Below, piece by piece: positions 12,498 to 26,000 of a stretch of DNA of 64,000 bases (positions within the stretch are counted from its first letter, which is position 1; the number at the start of each line of letters is the position of its first letter). The translations under genes were made by a program, and so were the position numbers. The notes beneath the pieces were generated by a model. That model ran no database searches. It worked only from the letters and a program-made list of their open reading frames with translations, and was not told where the DNA came from. The DNA is from Magallana gigas (lineage: Eukaryota). The stretch spans positions 14,446,001 through 14,510,000 of the forward strand of contig NC_088855.1 of the NCBI RefSeq assembly GCF_963853765.1, in the 5' to 3' direction.

Positions 12498-13081
12498 CCG
12501 GTCGCACCCGCCAGGTGCTCTTTGTCAAGATCATGAAATACGGAAGAAACCGTAGTCAGTTCGGTGTATAAATAATGGTCTAACAAGTATAAAAAAAAAA
12601 CGTCAGTCAGCATGTATCCTAATGAAACACTGTACTTCCTGACAAGGCCATTGTATCGACCCTAAAACTTTCGTTTAGATGATTTTAATCGAGGATTTTG
12701 ATATTCTTGTTCCAACAACTTGTTTGTAATTAGCATGTTTTGTTTGATAAATGGTTTGTGTTAAGAGCATGCTCTTGCATAACGAATAAGCTGAGAGACA
12801 TAATCCCCATAAGCAGGTGTATGATGCTTTGTAATACTTGTACTTACTTCCTGTTCTGTAATGAACACTTCGTTAAGAGAGCCATGTTGTCTCTTTGAAT
12901 CATTGTATTGATATTCAACAGATTCATCCTTTAAGTAAAGGTAAGTGGTGAAATGGAAAAATATTTATGCAAAAGTGTATTGTTTGACAAATGTACATAA
13001 AGAAAAAACGAGTTATCAACTTGAAGCGTAAATGACCATAATGATCAACGGAATTCAGCACAATGTAGAGCTTGTATTTAA

Positions 13082-13487
13082 AGGGGCATGGTCACGATTT
13101 TGGTTCAAATTATTTTTTCAATTTTAATGCTTACAATGCTTCAGTAAGGTATTCTTAATAGGCAACCAAAATTTGAGTGTCATTTGTTGAGTTGTACGCA
13201 AGTTACGGGGCTTACAATTTTTTGCTATGTAAACAAAGCTTTTGTTTATATTTTGAATGTTGAAGTAAAAATTCCAATGTTGAATGAGTTAAATGCTAGA
13301 AAATGCTTATTTATGTTCAGAATGAATAAGAAGATAGACGGACCAGCTTTAACAAGATTTTTTCTGGTATATTAAACCTATGTAAACGACTGACTCTCTT
13401 TTTTTATCATTTGAAATCCATTTAAAAGCATTGTAGATAATTAAAACAGAAATAAAAAAAATTGACCAAATTCGTGACCATGCCCCT
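13082..13487. mobile_element. Kolobok-type MITE (copy 1)
   Basis: TTAA TSD (13078-81, 13488-91). TIR AGGGGCATGGTCACGATTTTGG / CCAAATTCGTGACCATGCCCCT. RR..YY ends with TTAA are Kolobok-type. Confidence 0.85.
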
Positions 13488-13685
13488 TTAACAAGATAGA
13501 AAGGTGAATTTTTCAAATATATATACGTATGATTTATATCAGTGTCTTTCTAATAATGGACAAACTTTATATAGTGAAATGATGTGAATAATACCTAACC
13601 CATTTTTTACACTTATCAGTTATGAATTTGTATTGCCTTTGTCACAGCGCAAGTAAGTGTTAGACCTACAGTTAAGAATTTTTCT

Positions 13686-16600
13686 TCAAGCCTCATTTGA
13701 ACCTATTTCATCACAATATGGGTTGTGTACAGATGCTGTTTGATCAGTGTTTTGGTCAGATAATGATTCCATATGCATGTACATGGTTGTGTTTCTGGGT
13801 TCACTTACAGACTTCGTACCACCCATGTTGTCTGCTTCACTTAATCGGACAATCTTAGAGTGATCTTGATAAACTGGAGGATTGTTGATGCTGTTGCTAC
13901 TAGCAACTAAACCACGGTCAACATTTTGGTGGGATCTGGCACTTAACAATCTGAACTCCTGTTCACTTGGTTGTGAAACAGTCATTGATTTGTCAGACAA
14001 GCTGCCACGTCTTCTCCTTAAAATCAAGAGACAAATTAGTCCCAAAATGACAAGAAAGCTCATTGCGAGGGTATATCCGAGTGATTTTACGATAGAGGCC
14101 GACAAGAGTGAGTCTTTTGAATTACAACGCGTCCCAAGGACTTCTCTGGCTGATGTATTAATATATATAGTAGCCATTGGTCTTGTAACAACATGGTTGG
14201 TCTGTTTTCTTGAAGAATCTATGGGCATGTTAGTGAAAAGTCCGCTACCTGAAAATAAAAGGCATATACTATAAAAGTATATAAAAAATACTCAAAAATG
14301 CATTTTGTGTTATTTTCAGTTTTTTAAACTCACTTTTTCAAAATACTGATTCAACTGAATAGAATTTCAAGCCATCAAAGACGAGGGACAATTTGTCAAA
14401 ATGTTATACTTTTAGCATGAATTTACCATTTATTGTCTCTTCCCTATGTCTTTGAATAAATTCTGAAGTTCCCACTTGCGAGTCTTTGTTAAGTGTCGTT
14501 GAAGTTTGAAGGCCTACAGACGTGAAGTTAATTTAAATGTATACTGCACTTTCATCAATATTTGTTGACCTGGCCCATGAGGTTAAATACTAAATGATGG
14601 TCAATGCTATGCGATATATAATAACAAATTACATGATTAGGATCATTGGCCATGGATTTACGTATCCTGATTTTTCAGGGATGCTAAAATTCTACTAATT
14701 GGACCAAACAAATCTACCAATTACACTTAGTAGACCTATTATTGATAAGCTTTTGTTTACTTCCTTATAGTTCATATAACATTAATATATTCAATATTTC
14801 CTCAGTCAATTTTCTTACTTCTACGCATCTTTGGTTTTTTTATTTTCAAAACACTGACTAATAGAACCGTGGACTATTGATTGTCTACAACTACATATAT
14901 TTTATTGATATCGAAATCTTACACTTATCAACAAATCACACAATGACCTGGCTTAAAAAGTCTTCAATATTATGAGGAACATTTTGAAAATCGATAAGAG
15001 TGTTCTTAGTTTAATGATTTTTAAATCTATTCTGATTATGTCATACAACTGCACATGTATCTTATCAAACTTTTGCATTGAATTGATTTTAGTTTTGTAT
15101 GGTCTTTGTATTGAAAATTGAATAAATTTGTATGAAATCTGTATTTTCCAAAGAAATAGTACATGTATATGCCGTTCATCTGTTAAAATGACAGTATTTT
15201 TAACCGCCTACCAGTGTTGTATATATTTTACTTTGCAGCTTGGATCAATGTATTTCCTCAGATTGTAAATGCTAGATTTTTATTTTATTTAGATTATTAT
15301 TATTTTTTTTGGAAATTCGATTGCACTAGATAATTAAGTATAGAAAATGGAATTTTCCATTCCAACACCGAAGGAAAAGGCAAAATGGCTCTATACAACA
15401 CTAAGGTTTTTATTGTAAAAGTGAAGAATTATGGTGAACTCTAGACTCATATCTACTTATATCCCTTTTTCCTATATAAGGTACAGGTCTGTCGATGTGT
15501 TATGTCATCTTGCAGGAAGAAGTTTCACCATTTAAAAGAAAACATTCAATTTCTTATTTTGTGCCTTGTCCAATTAAACAAACTTATAAATAATAAGTAT
15601 GAAAAACACCTTCATAATTAAGGGTAAAAAACTGGTATTATTTCAGAGAGAAATCAATATCGACGGACAAAGGTTCTTTTGTTGATATGGTTAGTTAAGA
15701 TGCATCGTTGACGTTTGAAATGTATATAATATATTTAAGAAATATTACCATGGCTTTGACATCCTAGAGCAGGATGGCAGTCATCTCTGGAACAGTTGTT
15801 GGGATCATTGCTGCAAGAAGATCTACATAGGCTTCCATACCAAGGATAAACACACTTTATATTGCATTTGTCACCGGAATACCCTGGCGGACATTCTATA
15901 AGAGGGAAAATACTACCGTGAAACAATTATTTTAAATGAATGAAACACAACGTCACAATGCCAGTATTCAAGTATAATTTATTAATCGTGTTACATTGCT
16001 TGAAAATATATTTACAAGTAAATTATAAATGCTGGCGTTGTGGTAGTCCATGTAAATTTGGCATATTTCAAATCTAATAGATATTAGGTATGTCCAATTA
16101 TATTTCAGTATGGTTATGTTATTTTATCAAATGATAATAATAATCTCTATTTGTTTTTGGGAAATAATGAATATCATATCTTATTTCTTATAAATTTATA
16201 TCTTATTATAGAGGTGATTTTCTTTAAAAATTTAATGGTAAGCAATTTTATGATAGGGCAAAGTTTGATGTAAAAAAAAAATTAAGTGACTTAAGACAGA
16301 ATATTGAATTTGGTTTATGTCATACCCATGATACTTTCAATTGACGTATTTCTCCGAATCAATATGATGAATAAAAATCTTTCCAAACCCTCAGTGATAC
16401 ATAGATTACGTTAAACATTTAATGACTTCGATTATTAAATGCTTTTGATTTGAATTGAGTACATGTTTGATCCATGTTCAATGGTTAGAAGTAATTGCAA
16501 GCGAAAAGGACTTTTAATTATCTGATAAGTGAGCTATTTACAAGTTTTCTATTAATATTAATCGTAGTGTGATAAATGTACTCAATTCAAACCACGGACA

Positions 16601-16996
16601 CAATAACTCAGACGTTAAAACTATCTAGTATCAAGTATTTAAAAATTTAAATATGTTCTTGAAAATGTTACAATTAATAAAATTCAATTATAAAAAATCA
16701 TACAATAGCATTAGATGTGAATGAATTACATTAAAAATACCTTTACCTTGACATTTTCCATTGACCATGTGATAACTTTGACAACATTTTCTGAAACGTT
16801 TAAAAAGATTTTTGAAAAATAGTTTTATATCTGATGGTACATATACTTTGATGTATTTTGGCATTTTTGAGATGTTACTTTTCCTCGCCCAATAATATAC
16901 CTACATGCATACTCCTTCATGTATACCACAGCATCCAAAGTTGGTTGCATCACACAAATCAAGCAACAAACCAATCAACCAGACAAACTTCTTCAT
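13686..16996 (-). CDS. Receptor paralog R2: type I membrane protein, miniature MEGF10/Draper-like (about 310 aa)
   Basis: GT-AG exons 16996-16905, 16790-16747, 15895-15749, 14513-14427, 14248-13686 total 933 nt and give an open frame: MKKFVWLIGLLLDLCDATNFGCCGIHEGVCIKCCQSYHMVNGKCQECPPGYSGDKC...HPALGC, stalk, TM (SLGYTLAMSFLVILGLICLLIL), RRRR, then tail. Confidence 0.85.
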
Positions 16997-17099
16997 CGTT
17001 GACTTAGATGTGTGTGTAAATTATAGATTTACGTTGCTCATGAACAAACAAAAATAAACAGTTCATGGTGCAAACGGATATCATGAAAGAAATTCCCAC

Positions 17100-17101
<2 letters not shown>

Positions 17102-17169
<68 letters not shown>
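17102..17169. repeat. (TA)n microsatellite, about 34 units
   Basis: Read directly; about 105 bp upstream of the R2 ATG. Confidence 0.97.
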
Positions 17170-17172
<3 letters not shown>

Positions 17173-17882
17173 TGTATTTCCGACGTCCGTGCCAGCTCGT
17201 GACTGGTTTTTTCCCTTAATATATGAAATATTAACACTTTTAAACCAAACTTAAACATAAGTAAGGGTGGTTGTATTCATTCCCTTACCATGATCAAAGA
17301 AAAGCCTTCGAATGAGTGAAGATCGTGCTTAACTTGAATACCTGTTCTACAGGTTATTCGCTACAAATAGTAGGCAATGGCTACAGGTTCAAATATATAA
17401 AAGCAAAACATATTACACGTGTTCTAGTACCTAGGATAAATTAATTTATACGCAAGTACCTTTAAACTTGATATTCAGGTTAAGAACTCTTTTTTACTTG
17501 ACACGATTTAAAGAAGGCGATGATACAATCTTAACAAGTGTAATATGTGGTTCAGTCCTACAGATTAAATATATCTTATTTAAACATGACTAATGCATCT
17601 TTCTTACAAAAGATACAGTCCCCCAACAAATTTTAATAGGATTCTTTGTCTACAAAATCATCCGGAATTATCACGTCAAAGCAACATTGAAACGTGTTTG
17701 TTCCCATACTGTTAACATAATCAAGACAATAAAATACAGTAAGAGTAAAAATATTGTCATTTATTGAAAAAAGAGGCAATTGTTTAATAAAATGTGGCTG
17801 AAAGACCTACAAACAGTTAACTAAATAAACTACAAAATCGAATTACAATGGAAACAGAAGTGATTTATTTCAAATTTAGAAG

Positions 17883-17885
<3 letters not shown>

Positions 17886-17930
<45 letters not shown>
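17886..17930. repeat. (CT)n microsatellite
   Basis: Read directly. Confidence 0.97.
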
Positions 17931-17933
<3 letters not shown>

Positions 17934-19437
17934 ATGTCAACATTGGTCATGGTTTTTTTTTTCAACTTTCATTACATACGTGTCTAAATATATCCTCTAT
18001 ATTCTCTCGAGGAACAAATAAACAATAAAAATGTAAATTAACATGTTTTATTTATTTCCCGTAACAGGCAGTATATGCATCTAATATAGAAGAATGTTCC
18101 TTGTCACAGACGTTTTAAAAAAATAACTCAAAACTGCATAGAATCCAAGAAAAAATAATACGGTATGGGTAGATTTTTGGTTTAAAAAACAAAGATTATA
18201 ACATATACACACATCATATATCAAGAGGTCAACAAATTACCAATCAGACCCAACTTAGAATATTGAATGGTATCTTTTCAAGCCATAAGCCATAATTGGT
18301 TAGTCCATACAATTTAAAAATTTTAAATTTAAATATTTTCTTATATCTTTCTTAAGAGCTTTTTTTCTGAAGGATAATATAGTTTTTAAATAGCCACAAC
18401 CAGTCGGCCCAGTAGTCTGCTTGGTACTTAATTTTTATTCAATACACTATAAATCTTTAAATTCCAAAAGCCTACAATATGGCAATTGTTCTTTTTATTT
18501 CTTAAAAACTTGTCATAAATATTACGATTTACCTTGATATATGTACACTATGTTATTTATAACACACAATGGGACTACCAATTTAGTTGCATAAAACATA
18601 TCATGAAACATGTTTGTATGTTGGAATAAATTCTGTATGTGTTCATATTTACTACATATATTCAAATGCAAATTAATAAATATCACTTATATTAGAGACA
18701 TAAATAACAGAGATTGCCAACTTCGCCATAAGGGTGTTTCCTTGTTGAAAAAATGTTACTAGACCAACCTCACTTTGCGAACTACATATTAATAACCTGA
18801 GATAATGATCTTAAACCAAAAGTACATGTCTATTTTTTCATGAAAAATACACAGGTTTTAGACGTTTTTGAAACAAAAAATTGAAAAATAAGATTGATAT
18901 ATAAAAAATATATAGGCCAGCTTTAAAACATCGACGAATTCTCTGACGCTGGGTAGCCAACTGCCTCCTAAAACTCATCTTTTTATATTGTTTATTAGAC
19001 ATAAACTCATGAATATATAATATTTTGAATGTTTCGGTAATAGGGTTTAGCTGTTTATATTTTGATATAATCATTTGTTTATTAGAAAGATACACTGAGT
19101 GAATTAAAATAGGAATACTATACAATAGGGACCGCGAGATTTCGATCAGTTGCCAATCTCTGCTATTTATGTCTCTGCTTATATTGTTAAAAAAAACAAA
19201 CAAACCCTACTGTGCAAGATAAATATACCAGTGCCAATTAAACATTTCTGCTCCAGTCTGAGGTGTAATTTTCTCTTGTTTTATATTTTCCAAATCTATA
19301 TTTATCAAATTAACCTTACTGTCTCAGATTCCATTCTTAAATGTCATAATACGTAGTCATAGTTTACGACAACAACCACAGAATAGTAATTAAGCGTCAT
19401 TCATGTAAAAGTTTTCTGGAGCCTTACACATCAAAGC

Positions 19438-22253
19438 TTATGATTGAACACCGTCTGTTAAGGTTACATCAATATAAGATGGGTTGTCAACGGACGTCTC
19501 GGTGTCAACTTCTTCTCGTGATATCGGCTCCATGTATGTGTTTGTGGATTTACCAACCGATTCCTTCCTGCCTTTGTCGTCTGATCTTCTTAGATGAGAA
19601 ATCTCTGAGAGACCTTGATAAAGTGAAGAACCGTTCATGCTGTTCCTAGGGATGTCAGCTACACCGTCCACACTTTGCTGAAGCCTTAATTCATGTTCAG
19701 CTTGTGAAATATTTAGCAATTTACCTATCGCGCCTTCTCGTCTTCTTTTACATATGAAGAGACAAACCAGTCCCAGAATTACCAAAAGGCTAACTCCGAG
19801 GGTATATCCAAGGATTTTCACGACAGACACCAACCAGAGCGCTTCGGTAGAAGTCTTGTCATTTCCATGGACTGCTGAAGTAGGTTTATCTGTATATAAT
19901 GGTGTTACGTGTCGTGCAACAGTAGAATTCACTTGTTTTTCTAAAGAACTTAAAGTAGTCTCGGCGATGATTCTTCTACCTAAAGAAAAGGGAATTTGAT
20001 AAGCATGACTTATCTTACTAGTACTTTTAAATCGAGTTTTGGCTGTTGTAATTTTCCAAAAGTACATATTTTAAACATTTTTTTCTATTAAAAGCTGAGC
20101 TCGTCAAAAAGTTACCAATACCAACAGATCCACTATTTTCTATGGCAGGAAACGTTTTAGATTTAAAAGACAAGGCACATGTACCAATCGACTTTATTTT
20201 TGTACTTGATTGCTGAACAAATATATATTTACTATTTGTTGTTCTCTGTCGATAGCTCTGTGTAATATATGATGTTCTCTTTTGCAGATCTCCCGTCGAT
20301 GTTTCTCTAAAACCTGCAAATGAGACATGAAAGTCGTAACAAGGCTGAATTCCTGTTTGTTATTTTTAAGTCAAAAATTTAGCATTATAGTTTTGACTGG
20401 TGAAATACTTAGTACGGTCTACAGTCTACTCAATTTCACTAAATTATAATTACAATTAAAGAAATGTAAAATCTGTTATGATTGTGATTACGCGATCTAT
20501 ATAGTCATTTTTTGCATAAAAGTATATCAAGAATTCTGAAGTTGACTAATGATCTATGTTTGTCACTTCTAATAATTTAAAAAAATAATTGACATTTCCG
20601 ATAAAAATGAAATTAAAAGGAGATATCTTTTGAATAAATATCCATTGCATTAGCTACAGTTGTTAATCATGTATATTTTAATTTTAATCATAAATCTGAA
20701 TAATCTTTTGGCTATCATAAATATACAGTTCTAAATAGAAAATATATTAAACTGTTGTTTTTTTATATATTTTTTTGTAGTAAAAGCTTCACCGTGCCAC
20801 TACATGTTCAATGACACTGCTTTACAAACACGGAACTCTCTCACCTACTCTTTTGGCGTGTGAAATGCAAAACGCGTTCCTCTAACAAGGATTTCATACA
20901 AAATTCATATTGTTTCTGTAGAGGGGTTACATACATTATTATCATTTAAATGGCAAAACATCTTATAAGTTGATGTTGTCAAACGTAGCAATGGGTATTT
21001 AGATATGATTAATTTGAAAAATGAATATTTATTTTCAGATAAAATTCGCAAGCAAACGTGAAACCTCAAACGTAATGTAAATGATAATTAGAGTAAAATA
21101 TCTAACCCTTGTTTTGGCATCCAAGAGCCGGGTGGCAGTCAGGATAGGCACAGTCACATTTGGACCCACATTGCACTCCATACCAGGGGTATGCACACTC
21201 TGTGTCGCACTTGTCACCAAAAAACCCAATCGGACATACTGTATTAAAGGAGAAATCTAATTGGCTAAAGACCGTACAACTACGAAAAATAGAGGAATCA
21301 TGTTTAACATAAACAAATTCAATTTCAACATACAAATATCAAGTTGGTGGGGGTTCGACAATATTTCTTTTAGTTCAATCATTTGTTCTGATTTATTCGG
21401 TTTATTATCGGGTGGAGGTTGCTACTATTATTAGTGCTATTATTTCAAAGTTCTTTTTTTTATAGAAAGAATACGCTTGGTTACATTAAATTATGACATT
21501 AAAAACTTAATTATTATTTATCGTTATTTATTCTTGATTAGCAAATTATGATATAAAACAAATTGATAAAGTATTGAATCGTAACATATTTTAGTGCTGT
21601 TTCATGATCCAAATAAGTGTTAAAAGATTGAGTTGATGAAAATCAGAGAAAATACTTCCGCTATTAAATGACAATCCAATACATATATAATGGGTTTATT
21701 TAATGTGTCAAACAAGATGCTTACGATGCCCCGTCCTCAATTATCCCTTATAATTCATTAAAGGACTCATACACTAGTATTATCTGTTCATACATGTATC
21801 ACAGATTAGGCAATGACTAAATGAAGGAACTAAAGTTTCATACAAATCTGTTGATTTTGATTTATATATAACGGATAACATCTTTAAGATGGTAACAATG
21901 CTTTGCGCTAATAATGCACTTTGTGCAAAGTTTCCGTGAAAATTATTCCAAATAAAAAAACAATACTTGACAATAATCTTAAATCAATATATAAGATGTA
22001 TCGACTAACCTTTGCACAATCCGTCAGAATTGTAATAATTCTGGCAGCATTTACTGAAAGGAAAGTTAGATACGAAAAGTTAAAATTGAAACACCACATA
22101 GATTGTTTGAGAGAAACATTTTAGGGGATCTCAAAACGGCAACATCACTGACCTACAAAGGCCATCGACACCTATATTTCCGCAGCATCCAGCTCCATTC
22201 TCTGCAAAACACAAATCAAACAAGAGGCAAATAAACCAAACATACTTTTTCAT
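19438..22253 (-). CDS. Receptor paralog R3: type I membrane protein, miniature MEGF10/Draper-like (about 299 aa)
   Basis: Exons 22253-22153, 22053-22010, 21238-21107, 20313-20233, 19979-19438 total 900 nt and give an open frame: MKKYVWFICLLFDLCFAENGAGCCGNIGVDGLCSKCCQNYYNSDGLCKVCPIGFFGDKC...HPALGC, stalk, TM, KRRR, and a tail with SLYQGL, TYMEPI and NPSYIDV. Confidence 0.87.
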
Positions 22254-22727
22254 CTCGACCAAATTCATCGGAACAATGTTGATTATTGATTCATCTAATA
22301 CTCATACTAATGCATAAAGTGTTAGTTTCCCCTTTATAAATATGTTATTCACGGAAATAGGGTAAATTTTTGAGGAGATTGAATGATTTCGCGAAACCTG
22401 TGCAAGCTTGTGTCTTCCCCGTGTCCATTTCGGATTGTCTTAATGTGTCTCTGTTTCATATGCAAAAAATTGCGAACCGGCCCGATCCGAGTAGCAGAGT
22501 TGTGATACAAAAAAATACGAACACCATACTCGATGTTGTCATGGTTCAGGTTATTATTTGTCAGGTTATTAATATCTGGCTTTTAATTTTTCATCTTATG
22601 ATAAATGTTCCAAATTGCAAAATTTGTTTTCCTTGTGTAAACAAAACTTCCTGTCAATATATGATTGAATTTGTATATATTTTTTTTTGTCCTACTTCCG
22701 TTTTTGTTTTCTGTTTTAATTGAAATT

Positions 22728-23045
22728 TTTAGATGTGGTATGTTTGGCTAAAAACTATAATTTAACAAAATCCTTTTTTGTTTTTGTTATATAATCATAA
22801 TTAAATATGTCCCTATATCTTCAACTTCAACAGAGCTTCATTGTTAAAATTTTTAGATGTTATATGTTTGGCTATAAACTATAAATTAGCAAAGGATAAA
22901 TCCTTATTTGTTTTTGTTGTTTATTTTTTATCCTTTTATAATCATAATATGTTCCTATATCTTCAACTTCAACAGAGCTTCCTTGTTTAAAATTTTAAAT
23001 GTGATATGTTTGGCTATAAACTATGATTAAACAAGGGACAAATCT
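22728..23045. repeat. Imperfect tandem repeat, about 2.5-3 units of 120-145 bp
   Basis: ttttagatgt..tatgtttggcta.aaactata recurs at about 22728, 22850 and 22992; tatatcttcaacttcaacagagctt occurs twice. Confidence 0.75.
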
Positions 23046-26000
23046 TCCTCTTTTTCATCAAAAACACAGAAACCGGCAGTGTCAATATTTAGCGACATTT
23101 TCCATCGGAATTCTTGTAAGCCTTTGTGGTATTGTCTGTATCATTCATGAAGATTGTAAGTTTAAATCATGGCGGTTTGATTGAACGGATGGATTGGGCG
23201 TCTAAATCTTACCCGAAAGCATCAGCTGGCCATGGATTCTTTACACTCCACGTGTTCATGAAGAACGCCATGATGCGAGGCATCCAGTCGGAAGCCAGTC
23301 GCACCTCATGATCGAAGCAATAGTCGTTAATATAATTATAATCGCTTTATATGATATTTAATACAAGTTTTGTTAGCATTTTACAATGATAGAGAATTTG
23401 AGATTTAAAACTTGTACGGATACGCGAACCTGTGTAAAAACTACACGTACACGTTTTTGTAATTTCTTAACTTGTAGGATATAAACGTGTATATAGTATA
23501 TCGGGTATTACTATGTTTTCTGTATGATATCATCGTGTCTTTATTGAAGCACTGAGGTTAAACCATTTATCTAACACGTTTTTATTTGCTAATCCCGAAG
23601 GCATCATGTTGAGAGCAACCTAGACGAGGGCAAGTAAGACCTAATCCCCTTACATGCTGAGCAGAGCAGGTCCTACCACTACAGCTGCGGTCGTCGCTGG
23701 AGATCAACCACGGGCACCGTTTCCCAGTCAAGTGAATACAGAAACCCTTTCCCAGACAACACCTATGGACCAAGTCCCCAACGTACAAGCTTCTGTTGGC
23801 CAAGGTAAGAATATATTTCCTCCAAACCCTGCACCGTTGTGTAGCGTCACAGGTGCCGTAGGCGTACCCATCAGCATTAGTCATTGTTATATTTTGCAAT
23901 GAATTCATTCAGTTGCACAAACTCTTGCCTACCAAAGCTAGTGAAGAGCCGCAACAACAATTTGCATTTGTTAACGGCTAAATAATTATTAAGCCTAAAA
24001 CTAAGGAAGCTAAGACCAACAATATTGAAATATGGATCAATGCACCCCCTTGTTTACACTAGTTTTCGCTATCGAATGCCAGTTGAGGATCGGCGTCATA
24101 CATCTTTTTGTCAATTGCATTGAAATCTCAGATTTGCTCGTATATTTTGTGTAATTCGTATACAACTGTGTTTAATTATCAAATAGTTATACCATATGTA
24201 GCAATAATAAAGCAATGACAATGCAGCCATTCGAGACTTACTACCCTTGTTGGTAAGTTCCATTTATCGAAGAAGAATACACTTGCGCATGTCAACAATA
24301 GCATTTCCTCTTTTTAATCCTTAATTCACTTACTTTATGTATTAGATGCTAATTTATACTATAAGGATAAGTTACCCAAGTCTTATCACTATCTTGGCTT
24401 TTAACAAATGTCTCCTTTCTCCTTTTTGGTGTTGGTTTATTTTTATGATTTCAGATAAGAATCCAGTTTCCTCTACGTCATGGCTTTGTCCGTGCGTCGA
24501 TCCTTGCAAGGGATACAGATTTGCTATAGAAGCCATCGCTGGTTAACTGCTGTTCTCCTTCCATGGTTACCAACAATTCATGGCTCATTATCATTGAATT
24601 GACATTGAACTGTTGGCTACCAAATGCCAATTGATGATATTTACCATACGTATCAATAATAAAGCCATGACAGTACAGCCATTCATCTTCTGTGTCTTCT
24701 TTCACGATTGTACATGAAATTAAGATATAAATATTGAATATAAATATGAAATTTTTATTGGTATCGCAGAATATAATTGGATTTTAGTTTTATAATATGA
24801 TTCAAATTACTTCGACAAATCATATCGTATGATACAATGACACATTATATATTATAAAAATGTTTATATCATGAAATATTTACTATTTCATGTAAGTTAT
24901 TTTAAAAACCATATGATAACGACTGATATTTTTTATAACTTGAAAAACAATAGTTAAATCTATATAGTTATTGATATATAGTTATAAAATAGTTATATCT
25001 ATTGACCACGCTCCGATGCTCATGCTCCTTATTACTTATATTTATATTATTTCCAATTTTTACACTTTAAACAACATAAATTAAAGCCACCATTTTATCT
25101 TCGCGGCGAATACCGGTTTTTTATTATATAAGACACATCCATTTTGTGTTGCTCATTTTTTTTTATGAAATTAATGGATTTTAGGCTTCACAATTGATGT
25201 GTAATGTTATCACAGACAAATACAGTAGAAAATGTAAATATAAATGGATATTGAGTCATTAGTTTCAGATGCTGTGGGAAGTTAAAGCTATATGATTAGG
25301 CAAAAAAATTTTTAAGGAGGTTGGCACATGAAATAGTAGTAATGTCAATCATCCGGAAACCACTTGGATATAAAGATGGGAATCTAAAATGTTCATTTAT
25401 TTAATTTGTGACCCATGCCATTTTTGGAAATATATGGGCCCAAACAAAATTGATAATTTTCCTGAAATCAAACAAATGTTTATAGTTTGAACTATTATTT
25501 AGTTATGATTTTAATACAGTATGAAGTTGAACACATATAGTGACTATAAAAGTAAAATCTAAGTCAAAGTTTTTAACTTCTTGCTTTACTGGTGGCTTCA
25601 AAGGCCAGTACATAATGAACACAACAACAGATGTTACAAAATTTTGCAGTACTCAAATTATAACGTAAATTAAAAAAATTATAGTAATATCATCTTTCCA
25701 AAACTTTGCATACAGATAAACATACATTTAATGTCTCATTTAAGAGTAAAACAAGTAGGGGTTACATCTCAAAAATTTGAGATGTAGCATGAAATACTTT
25801 ATGCCTTCTATGAAATATAAGCTAAATATGCCAAGATGTACTGATAGAAATATCGAAACATTGTATAAATATGTTTTTAGAACATTATGAATACATCGTA
25901 AAACACAAACTATCTTGAAGTTTGGTCTGCGCTGAAAATTAGGAAGCTAAATTAACAGTACTCAGGGTTGAAAATGCATGAGTATTTGGGTCTTCATTCG

